27,724 nt of DNA from Octopus sinensis (lineage: Eukaryota). This document shows positions 12,914 to 22,779 of the stretch, piece by piece. Both the position numbers and the translations under genes were made by a program. The DNA is taken from the NCBI RefSeq assembly GCF_006345805.1, contig NW_021827587.1, positions 1 to 27,724 on the forward strand, read 5' to 3'. The notes beneath the pieces were generated by a model. It saw only the letters and a program-made list of their open reading frames with translations. It made no database searches and was not told the origin of the DNA. The first letter of the stretch is position 1; each line of letters opens with the position of its first letter.

Positions 12914-12985
12914 CGATGATGATGATAATAATGATGATGATGATAATAATGATAATAATGATAATGATGATAATAATATTAATAA
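12735..12985 (-). repeat. (ATT/ATC)n expanded tail of the adjacent minus-strand SINE-B
   Basis: Abuts the SINE-B 3' end (minus: ..tatagtagaaaggattattaat). Confidence 0.9.
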
Positions 12986-13132
12986 TCCTTTCTACTATAG
13001 GCACAAGGCCTGAAGTCTTGGGAGAGGGGACCAGTCGATTACATCGACAGCAGTACACAACTGGTACTTAATTTATCGACACCGGAAGGATGAAAGGCAA
13101 AGTCGACCTAAACGGATTTTGAAATCAGAACA
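12986..13132 (-). mobile_element. SINE-B, 5'-truncated
   Basis: Reverse complement of gtcgactttgcctttcatccttcc..aagtaccag..gtcgatgtaatcgac..ggccttgtgcctatagtagaaagg. Confidence 0.88.
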
Positions 13133-13169
13133 AGGGTTCAAGGCCAGCATTTCTGATGGGAGAGGTATA

Positions 13170-13330
13170 ACAAAAGACGTAGGAAGGTGGAGTTCAAACA
13201 AACAAATGTATTAGTATGGCGCTCAGGAATAGAAAAAGTCTTTTACGTTTCGAGCTTACGCTCTTCGTCAGAAAGGATACACAGAAAAAAACAGGAGAGA
13301 AAAAAATGCGTGTAGAACGAACGATATACA
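13170..13330 (-). mobile_element. Short hammerhead-carrying repeat, Penelope pLTR-like (unit 1)
   Basis: Diverged paralogue of 13815-14007 (tgtattagtatggcgctcaggaa..acgtttcgagc.tacgctcttc..gatacacag..aaaaaatgcgtg); contains a hammerhead fold. Confidence 0.65.
13240..13275 (-). ncRNA. Minimal type-I hammerhead ribozyme, intact core
   Basis: Minus strand: cttt | CTGACGA | a | gagc-gtaa-gctc | GAA | ACGT | A^ | aaag. 4-bp stem I, palindromic loopless stem III, predicted GUA cleavage between 13244 and 13243. Confidence 0.8.
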
Positions 13331-13674
13331 TATACATGTATATATTATATATATAATACATACATAATTATATATATATTATAATTAATATAATATTATA
13401 TAATTATTAATATATATATAATATATATATATATACTATATATATATACATATATATATACATGTATATATATATACATATATATTATACATATATATAT
13501 ATAAATGTATGTATATATATATATAGTATATCTATATATATATATATATATATATATCATGTATCTATATATATATATATATACATGTATATATATATAT
13601 AAGTATGAATATGTGCATGTATCTATGCATATATATATATATACCTGTATATATATATATAGTATATATATTAC

Positions 13675-13705
<31 letters not shown>

Positions 13706-13814
13706 ATATACATATATATATACATGTATATATATATAATATATAATATATACATGTATATATATATATATCTATATATATATATATATATATACATGTA
13801 TATATATATATATT

Positions 13815-14007
13815 ATACGGAAGCTTTATGAAAATAGACAAAAACAAGGCAGGTGAAAACAAACAAACAATTGTATTAGTATGGCGCTCAGGAAATATAA
13901 TAAAAACAGTCTTTAACGTTTCGAGCCTACGCTCTTCAACAGAAAGATACACAGAGAAAAAAACACAGAAAGGAGAGAAAAAATGCGTGCAGTAACTAAC
14001 GAATCAA
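13815..14007 (-). mobile_element. Short hammerhead-carrying repeat, Penelope pLTR-like (unit 2)
   Basis: Paralogue of unit 1, same orientation, embedded in (TA)n. Confidence 0.65.
13910..13947 (-). ncRNA. Minimal type-I hammerhead fold with A6U core variant
   Basis: Minus strand: tcttt | CTGTTGA | a | gagc-gtag-gctc | GAA | ACGT | T^ | aaaga. Confidence 0.7.
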
Positions 14008-14072
14008 CATGTATATATATATATATATAAGTATGAATATGTGCATGTATCTATGCATATATATATATATAT

Positions 14073-14114
<42 letters not shown>

Positions 14115-14118
<4 letters not shown>

Positions 14119-14457
14119 GGTAAAGACCCCCTTCGGTCATGAATGACCATGGGATTGCACCTAGAAAGTTACCCTCCTAGACACAAGTCCGGGCAAGGTT
14201 GTTTATGGAAGGCCAGCAGTCGCCCATGCATACCAGCCTCCCCTCTCCACGCCACCAGTGTTATCCAGGGAAAGACAATGTTCGATACAGCTTGGCACCA
14301 GTGACGTCGCAACTCATTTCTCACAGCTGAGTGAATGGAGCAACGTGAAATAAAGTGCCTTGCTCAAGAACACAACACGCAGCCCGGTCCGGGATTCGAG
14401 CTCACAACCTCACGATCGTAAGCTCGACGCTCTAACCACTGAGCCATGCGCCTTCAC
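14115..14457 (-). mobile_element. SINE-C (tRNA-Arg-like head, CORE-like body)
   Basis: Head gcgcatggctcagtggttagagcg..cttacgatc..gagctcgaatccc (A/B boxes, ACG anticodon-like loop); body gttcttgagcaaggcacttta; 3' hairpin ggtca-ttca-tgacc. Confidence 0.85.
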
Positions 14458-14592
14458 ATATATATATACATACATATATATATATCTATATACATATATA
14501 TACATATATATATATGTATATATATATATAGTATATTTATATATACATATACATATATATATATACATAAATATATATATTTATATATATAT

Positions 14593-15167
14593 AGAATGGT
14601 TGTATACTGTCAATCTAACAAGAATGTGACAGTAGGGGGTACACCACCGCTGTATAGCCCTAGGAAGCATCGAACGCCTCCTGATAGCTTTGACACATTT
14701 TTTTCCTGTGTCCTTATATACATATACGAAGGGGAGACAAACACCCCCGGCCGCCGGAACTGCATCAGTGAATAAACTTCACTGAGTTTACATATATACA
14801 GATACGAAGTCGAGGCAAATATCACCAGCCGACCGGTGTCTGCTACTCTAGGCCGATGAAGGACAATGATCCTGAAACACGGTGTCCCTAGATGCAGTTC
14901 CGGCGGCCGGGGGTGTTTGTCTCCCCTTCGTATATGTATATAAGGACACAGGAAAAAATGTGTCAAAGCTATCAGGAGGCGTTCGATGCTTCCTAGGGCT
15001 ATACAGCGGTGGTGTACCGTTCTTGTTAGATTGACAGTATACAACCATTCTTAGATTGTACTATACAGCGGTGGTGTCACGTTCTTGTTAGATTGACAGT
15101 ATACAACCATTCTATCGCCCCACCACCGTACATGTCTCTACGAGAGATTTAGAAATTCAATATTTCT
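14593..15167 (+). mobile_element. Inverted-repeat element with a hammerhead in its spacer (probable non-autonomous Penelope-like element)
   Basis: Left arm 14593-14766 is the reverse complement of 14891-15051 apart from one ~12-nt indel and one homopolymer difference; partial direct repeat 15061-15114; (TA)n on both sides. Confidence 0.75.
14847..14892 (+). ncRNA. Type-I hammerhead fold with U4C core variant
   Basis: tctagg | CCGATGA | agga-caatga-tcct | GAA | acac-g-gtgt | C^ | cctaga. 6-bp stem I, GUC site at 14884-14886. Confidence 0.78.
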
Positions 15168-15230
15168 TATATATATATATATATGATTGACTCTCCTATC
15201 GTTAAATGACATATATATATATATTTACGC

Positions 15231-15279
<49 letters not shown>

Positions 15280-15301
15280 ACCCTCCCATCGTTCAATGAC
15301 G

Positions 15302-15444
<143 letters not shown>

Positions 15445-15741
15445 GGGCTCTCCTGTTGTTAGACAATGTATAAGGCTTGGCAATTTCTTACCGAACAAGC
15501 ACACAGATGATTTGTTTATATTGATCATCAAACGTTTGTGTAGATATAAGCTCACTCCCTTCATTAAATCGAAATTACCTGTACAGGTGCAACTGGGTGC
15601 CACATGTCAGATGTTAAAATGATCGCAGAGCAACGTCAAATGAAGTGCTTTGCTCAAGAGATCAAAGGAATACCCGGTCTGGCAATCGAATCCACGATCA
15701 TGCAATCGTGAGTGCAACACCCTAACCACTAAGCCATGCAC
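15445..15741 (-). mobile_element. SINE-C-related element with a different 3' half
   Basis: Head gtgcatggcttagtggttagggtg..ggattcgattgcc; body ctcttgagcaaagcacttca like 14115-14457; 3' end aacaggagagccc plus (AT)n. Confidence 0.75.
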
Positions 15742-15972
15742 ATATATATGCATTTACATGATATATATATATATATGTTGAGTTTGATCTGAGAACATAA
15801 TCTTTTGTGGTGAATGGCGATTTGACGTCTATATCTAGCATGTTGACTGTCCACTTTTCGTGTTCAGTCCTTAATTGGTATATATATATATATATATATA
15901 ATATATATATATTGAAGCATCGTTGTTGTGCTTTCTCTTTGTGTTTTCATGTTTGGATTAACTATATATATA

Positions 15973-16012
<40 letters not shown>

Positions 16013-16014
<2 letters not shown>

Positions 16015-17390
16015 TTTTTTATTTTATCTAGTTTCAGCTCACGAGCTGTGACCATGCTGGGGCACCGCAATTTGGTGTTGCTACATGATTTTACTTCACG
16101 AATGCGTTTTAGCAAATGCCATTTGGTGCATGAGAGAGTTCGATGTAGCTGCCCTCATCTGCACCTCCAGCCGTGAAGTTGGTTCATCTGGGACACCCGA
16201 CAGGAGGCGATCCAGTTTTATTTTAAAGACATCTGCATCCACCCCATGCAGGTCTCTCAGGTTCTTCGGGAGGATATTGAAGAGCTGTGGGCCTCTGAAG
16301 CCCAGGCTATCACAGTATCTTGTCCTACATCTTGATGGCAAATTTGGAGTCCTTGGCACTATGCAGTGGCGCCCAGTTCTAGCATTTGTGTAACTCTCGA
16401 TGCCAAAGTTTGGGAGAAGTCCTTCCAGGATCTTCCAGATGTATATTATTGCATATCTTTCTTGTCTACGCTCTAAGGAATAGAGTCTTAATCTCTTGAG
16501 TCTTTCCCAGTAGCTTATATGCTGCACAGAGGCTATCTTCTTCTTGTAGCTTCGTTGGATCGCCTCAAGTTCTGTGATTAACCTGACACTGGATGGTGAC
16601 CATAGCTGAGAGCAATAATCAAAGCGGCTTAGGATAAGTGTCCTCCAGAGAACCATCATGGTTTCTTGGTCTCTTGTTCTAAAGGTTCTAAGAATCCATC
16701 CGGTCAGCCGCCTACATTTCATTGCCAATTTAGCAACATGCACATGAAAGGTTGCATCATCACTCATGTAAATACCCAGGTCTCGCACTGATAGGCCAGT
16801 TTTGTTTGAGGATCTCTTTCTCAATTTGTTTCCAGTTTGCGTTATGGAAGTTAAAGCTAGAAAGATTCTGAGAGTTTCTTGTAGGCTGCATGTCCATGCT
16901 TTCCTTTTGCCCGTACATGGTCAGCTCTACCATGTTGTGATCCGAGAGTAGTGTTGGTGTCACTTTCACATTATGGATGAGATCCATATTATTTGTGAAG
17001 CAGAGATCCCGTATGTTACCTGCCCTGGTTGGTTGGAGTATTACTTGCTCCATGTACAGAGTATTGATGAGGTTCAGGCGGGACCTCGCCTGTCCTCGTT
17101 CGCATCGTGTCATTCCTGAGAGAGAAAGGCCCTCGGACCATCTGACATTGGGTAGATTGAAGTTTCCCATAAGAAGTACACTTATGTGTTGTTCAAATGT
17201 GACTAGAACTTCTATTTTTATAAGGCAGTCTTCAAACTTGCCTGCATGGCTTGGGGCATCTGGAGGGCGATATGTAGCACATATAACTACACCAAGTTGC
17301 CTTATATGTACAATTAGTGTGTCACAGACCGAATTTGAGTATGACAAAAGGACCTGGGGTGTGAGGTCCTCACGGATGTACATAGCAACA
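16013..17390 (-). mobile_element. CR1-like LINE, internally deleted (APE endonuclease part fused to post-RT C-terminus) with intact 3' end
   Basis: ORF 16760..17383 has APE motifs (YRPP, GNFNLP, TRAGNIRDL, SDHNMV). ORF 16096..16824 has VRDLGI..RFDYCSQLWSP..LEAIQR..YWERLKRLRLYSLERR. No YADD-type core between them. 3' stem-loop at 16035-16048. Confidence 0.9.
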
Positions 17391-17400
17391 TATATATATA

Positions 17401-17603
17401 TACTCTTTTACTTGTTTCAGTCATTTGACTGTGGCCATACTGGAGCACCGCCTTTAGTCGAGGAAATCGACCACACGACTTATTCTTTGTAAGTCTAGTA
17501 CTTATTCTATCGGTCTCTTTTACCGAACCGCTAAGTGACGAGGACGTAAACACACCAGCATCGGTTGTCAAGTGATGTTGTGGGGAGAAACACAGATATA
17601 CAA

Positions 17604-17658
<55 letters not shown>

Positions 17659-17714
17659 TACTACGGCTTCTTTCAGTTTCCGTCTACCAAATCCACTCAC
17701 AGGGCTTTGGTCGG
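17401..17714 (-). mobile_element. SINE-A, 5'-truncated, abutting the CR1 fragment
   Basis: SINE-A tail and body; sequence stops at ggctttggtcgg. Confidence 0.9.
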
Positions 17715-17839
17715 CTTTGGTTGACTCAAAACTATTGAAAAAGTTGCAAGACGCAACAAAAATTTTAGAAAATTAAAAAAGAAATAAATGGAAATTTTAA
17801 CGGTGAGTGTGTAACAAAATAGTATATATATATATTATA

Positions 17840-18238
17840 GGCGCAGGAGTGGCTGTGTGGTAAGTAGCTTGCTTACCAACCACATGGTTCCGGGTTCAGT
17901 CCCACTGCGTGGCACCTTGGGCAAGTGTCTTCTACTATAGCCTCGGGCCGACCAAAGCTTGTGAGTGGATTTGGTAGACGGAAACTGAAAGAAGCCTGTC
18001 GTATATATGTATATATATATGTGTGTTTGTGTATCTGTGTTTGTCCCCCCAACATCGCTGTTGTGTTTACGTCCCCGTAACTTAGCGGTTCGGCAAAAGA
18101 CACCGATAGAATAAGTACTAGGCTTACAAAGAATAAGTCCCGGGGTCGATTTTCTCGACTAAAGGCTGTGCTCCAGCATGGGCGCAGTCAAATGACTGAA
18201 ACAAGTAAAAGAGTAAAAGAGTAAAAAAGTAAAAGAGT
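17840..18238 (+). mobile_element. SINE-A full length
   Basis: ggcgcaggagtggctgtgtggtaag...cagtcaaatgactgaaacaagtaaaagagtaaaagagta. Confidence 0.92.
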
Positions 18239-18299
18239 ATATATATATATATACAGATAGATATAGAGATATGCGTGTGTGTATGCGTCCCTGCCTCCG

Positions 18300-18480
18300 T
18301 ACGTGTGTGTGTGTATTTCTTTGTATCTGTTTGTTTACGTCCCTGAAACTTAGCGGTCCGATAGAACAAGTACTAGACTTAAAACAAATCCATAAGTACT
18401 GTGGTCGATTCGCTCTACCAAAGCTGTCCAAGCCGGTGCCCCAGCATGGCCGCAGTCCAATACCTGAAAGAAGTAAAATA
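18300..18480 (+). mobile_element. Diverged SINE-A 3' half
   Basis: tgtttacgtccc..acttagcggt..aagtact..ggtcgatt..cggtgccccagcatggccgcagtc. Confidence 0.75.
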
Positions 18481-18669
18481 ATAAATTGTCGGAAGAAAAA
18501 TAAATAAAATATATTCTGGAGAATTAAAAACTGCAAAAAGAATTTTATAAAGAAATTTGAAAAAGATGAATGAGGGGAGGGGGAAGTCTGAAAATGTTGA
18601 GATTTTTCGTGTGTTTAGGGCGGGGATTGATAGAATTCCGTTAACGTTAGAAAAAGTTACTTCTGGTTC

Positions 18670-18810
18670 TTTACAGTCTAAGTTCGAAACTCACCGAAGT
18701 CAGTTTTGTCTTTCGTTTTTTTCGGGGGTCGATAAATATCAGAACCAGTTAAGTGTTGGAGTCGATTCGATAGAATGACCCCCCCGCCTCCACAAATATT
18801 TGTGTTTATG
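18670..18810 (+). mobile_element. Diverged SINE-B fragment
   Basis: aagttcgaaactc B box, ggggtcgataaat..aaccagtt..ggagtcgatt. Confidence 0.6.
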
Positions 18811-18846
18811 AAAGAAAACTTTTTTCTAAATAACTTAGATTTAATT

Positions 18847-19122
18847 GCAGTGTGGAAGGTGTTTGTAAGCCATTTAAGAAACACACAAAATCCGTTCGAT
18901 TCACTTCAACATTCGGATGCAGCACGGATTTCTGTCAGTGAACAGGTCGTGGTCTTAAAGCGACGAAAATATTTTGACAAATTAAACTTAAATGTTGAAG
19001 TGAATCGAACGGATTTTGTGTGTTTCTTAAATGGCTTATAAACACCTTCCACACTGCAATTGTTTTCGTTCCAGCACACGATCTCAGATCAAATCACTTG
19101 CTATGCAAGTACATCTCCGTAA
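18847..19122 (+). mobile_element. 276-bp inverted-repeat element with hammerhead spacer and 12-bp TSD (probable non-autonomous Penelope-like element)
   Basis: 71-nt arms 18843-18913 and 18991-19061 (one mismatch); direct repeat ttagatttaatt at 18835-18846 and 19123-19134. Confidence 0.8.
18933..18979 (+). ncRNA. Type-I hammerhead fold with G3-C8 swapped core pair
   Basis: tgtca | GTGAACA | g | gtcgt-ggtcttaaa-gcgac | GAA | AATATT | T^ | tgaca. U4, G5, A6, A9, G12, A13, A14, A15.1 and U16.1 all present. Confidence 0.72.
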
Positions 19123-19152
19123 TTAGATTTAATTAATTAACTGAAAATAATG

Positions 19153-19330
19153 CTTTAAAATTTTGGCACGTGGCCAGCAACTTCGAGGGAGAAGTGAAGT
19201 TGATTACATCGACCCCAGCAATCAACAAGGTCTTTTTTTTATCGAATCCGAAAGGATGGACGGCAAAGTCAACCTCGACAGAATTTGAACTCAGAATGTA
19301 ATGACGGACGAAATGCCATCTCACCGCCTT
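19153..19330 (-). mobile_element. SINE-B
   Basis: Reverse complement of head, B box (ctgagttcaaattc) and body (ggggtcgatgtaatc..gctggccacgtgccaaaatttt). Confidence 0.8.
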
Positions 19331-20010
19331 AAAAGACTTATAGCCTAATGCTTCTACAGTCTTCCTTGCTAACCGATTCTTTTATTTACGTGTGCTGTGC
19401 AACTCTATTCGTCTCACTGATTCGCAAATATTTTCCATTTCTATTGTCTCAATTTCTCCGTCTAACATTTAATACTATAGTTTTTATTAATTTTCTCTTC
19501 ATCAGGTTTGCATGTGATCTTTTCTAACCCCAGTCCCATATTATTTCCTCAAATAAATCCGTGAACCTTACGCCGCAGTGTTTCTTCTTACCGTGCAATT
19601 TCAGTCCATCAACAAGCAAAAGATCTTTGATTGTCTTTCCGTTGCATTCTTTTACTTGAGTCCAATTCGCTTGATATAGAAAGAATCGTCCGTTTTTAAG
19701 ATAGTTTTATGTGACTCACGAAGATATTTTTTCGTTATTTGTAGCATTTGAAGAGAAAGCATAGAAACTCGGCGTTGGTAGCGTTGCTCTTGTTACTGTT
19801 GTTGTTCTTGTTGTGGATGTTTAGTCCCAGGTCAGGTTTAATCGACAACACCGATGATGACATGCGCATTTGAAGTATGTAGAGTTCGGATCCAAAACAA
19901 GGCTTCGTACAAATGATATTTCAGTTCCCGATGCTCCCACGTCTCTGGCCGACTTTAACGTCGACCCCCACACCTGTCGACAAACACATTTAGTTATCAC
20001 GAAACGAAGC

Positions 20011-20048
<38 letters not shown>

Positions 20049-20559
20049 AAGAGAAGGAGACAGTGTGGTGTGGTAAGCAAAAAGAGGGAATGTAGAAAAA
20101 CAAAAAGAGAATATATATATGTGTGTGGGGGGAGGTTTGTGTGTGTGTGTGTGTGTGTGATATATACACTCAAACATATATATTATATTTATATAAGAAA
20201 CGTTTATATGTTCACATATTCATAATTATTAGACATATATATGGTTGTGTGCAATTAAGTATGGATATATATATGTATATATATATATACATACATGCAA
20301 ATACATACATATAGGCGCAAACATACTTATACGTACATAAATAAATGTTTACATACGATATTATTTTGTATATATATATATGTATGTATGTATGCGTGTT
20401 TAAATATATATATTTATGTACGTGTATATATATGTATGCATGCATGTATATATGTATGTAAGTATATATGTATGTATGAAAAAAGGCTACGAAGAAAGCG
20501 AGATTTCCTAGTTTCATATCCAATACGTCTGCTCCAGTTGCGTTTGAATCAGATGAGAG

Positions 20560-20800
20560 CGTGGAGTGGCCGCCATTAGCTGACCCACTTCCGGTTGAAG
20601 GAAGTAAAGGTGAGCAGGGTGTTGATGGCGGCGGTGGAAGCAAGGCTCCTGCGCTGTGTATGGTGGTGGATAGGTTGATCACGTGTTACCGGAAATGATC
20701 GATTAGATTTATGTCGGCAAATGTGGAAAAGCTGATTTAGACTTCGACTGCAATCGTAACACACACACACACACACACACACGCGCACGTGCGCGCGCGC
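20560..20800. promoter_or_regulatory. Candidate housekeeping-type, possibly bidirectional promoter island
   Basis: Non-repetitive, CpG-richer. YY1-like ggccgccatt (20568) and gatggcggc (20624) on opposite strands; ETS cacttccggt (20586) and accggaaat (20688); E-box tcacgtg (20679); GC-rich gcgcacgtgcgcgc (20783). Motif matches only. Confidence 0.4.
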
Positions 20801-21062
20801 ACACACACACAGATGTACGTGTGTATGCATATGAACATATGCGTATATATGGGGATATATGAATGCATATATATGTATATATATATATTATATATATATA
20901 TAGAGAATATATAACAAGTGTCTTTTTGCTATATATTATACAAATACACACACTTACGAATATATATAATATATATATATGATCATATATATATTATATA
21001 TATATACACACGCAATATATATCTATCTATCTGTCTGTTTCTATATACATCATAAATATTAT

Positions 21063-21100
<38 letters not shown>

Positions 21101-21238
21101 TACATACATGGACACGGGCATACACAAGTATATATATACATATATATAATATATATATATTACACACGCACACATATATCTATCTATGCAGTCTTGTTTC
21201 TATATATACATACATATATATATACATACATACATACA

Positions 21239-21293
<55 letters not shown>

Positions 21294-21731
21294 CATACAT
21301 GGACACGGACATACACAAGCATATATATATACATATGTGTCTATACGTGCATTCACATGTAAAAATAGGTGTGTATATATGTGGGGGTGGGGTGTACCGT
21401 CAGGTACGGATAAATACATGCAAAATATAGACAGAGAGAAACACCTCACCCCTTCCCTTCCACAGCCAACAACAACAGCAACAGCAATAATAGAGACCAA
21501 TAGCGATGAGAATAGAAACAACACAAACAAAATGTGTATATACACACATATATATATATATATACACGCAAACACACAGAGACATATATATATACACACA
21601 CATAATCATAAGATGCATATATAAATATATATGATATATTATATACATATGTATATATATATAATAGATATACATATATATATATATATATATATGTATG
21701 ATACATAAATACATGCATATATATACATATT

Positions 21732-21781
<50 letters not shown>

Positions 21782-21783
<2 letters not shown>

Positions 21784-22235
21784 CTCTTTTACTCTTTTAC
21801 TTGTTTCAGTCATTTGACTGCGGCCATGCTGGAGCACCGCCTTTAATCGAGCATCTCGACCCCGGAACTTATTCTTTTGTAAGCCCAGTACTTATTATCT
21901 ATCGGTCTCTTTTGCCGAACCGCTAAGTAACGGGGAGATAAACACACCAGCATCGGTTGTCAAGCAATGCTAGGGGACAAACACAGACACACAAACACAC
22001 ACGCATATATATATATATATATATATATATTATACATATATATATAATCTATATATATATATAATATATACGACGGGCTTCTTTCAGTTTCCGTCTACCA
22101 AATCCACTCACAAGGCTTTGGTCGGCCCGAGGCTATAGAAGAAGACACCTGCCCAAGGTGCCACGCAGTGGGACCGAACCCGGAACCATGTGGTTGGTAA
22201 ACAAGCTACTTACCAGACAGCCACTCCTGCGCGCC
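21782..22235 (-). mobile_element. SINE-A full length
   Basis: Matches other copies. Confidence 0.92.
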
Positions 22236-22242
22236 TATATTA

Positions 22243-22312
<70 letters not shown>

Positions 22313-22383
22313 TCACATCTATATATATATATAAACAGTCACAACCACACACACACACACGCACCTATATATGTATATATATA

Positions 22384-22766
22384 GGCGCAGGCGTGGCTGT
22401 GTAGTAAGTAGCTTGCTTCCAAATCACATGATTCTGGGTTCAGTCCCACTGGGTGGCACCTCAAGCAAGTTTCTTCCCCTAAAGCTTCGGGCCAACCAAA
22501 GCGTTGTGAGTGAAATTGGCAAACGGAAACTGGAAGAAACTCGTATGTGTGTCTTTGTGTGTGCGCGTGTTTGTCCCCCATCACCGCTTGACAACCGGTG
22601 CTTGTCTATTTACGTCCCCGTAATATAGCGGCTCAGCAATAGAAATCGATAGAGTAAGTAGTACCAGGCTTTAAAAAAATAAGTACTAGGGACGATTCAT
22701 TCGACTAAATATTCTTCAAGGTAGTGCCCCAGCATGGCCGCAGTCTGATGACTGAAGTAAAAGAAG
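22384..22766 (+). mobile_element. Diverged SINE-A subfamily copy
   Basis: ggcgcaggcgtggctgtgtagtaag head; tail gtgccccagcatggccgcagtctgatgactgaag. Confidence 0.85.
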
Positions 22767-22779
22767 AAATATAAAAGAG

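Noticed and set aside
14400-14457. tRNA-Arg-like gene (also SINE-A and SINE-B heads)
   Set aside because: No complete acceptor stem; each continues into a SINE body, so these are SINE heads and not tRNA genes.
14593-15051. Tc1/mariner-type MITE with TA TSD
   Set aside because: Not fully excluded. The element extends asymmetrically beyond the right arm, has a partial tandem repeat, and holds a hammerhead whose cleavage site abuts the arm; these fit a Penelope-like origin better.
16085-17492. Plus-strand ORFs 16085..16393 and 16977..17492, and 23157..23555 on the minus strand
   Set aside because: Antisense shadows of CR1 ORF2.
19974-20016. ctgtcga...gaaac hammerhead look-alike
   Set aside because: No stem II pairing and no NUH site with stems I and III.
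20212-20682. Minus-strand ORF resembling a receptor N-terminus (NxS/T sites, LAFFVAFF)
   Set aside because: Starts at GTG, runs into the TA microsatellite without a credible donor, and is the antisense of the open plus frame.
21010-21350. ~170-190-bp tandem duplication within TA/CA-rich DNA (catacatggacacgg twice)
   Set aside because: Ordinary local slippage or duplication in microsatellite DNA.
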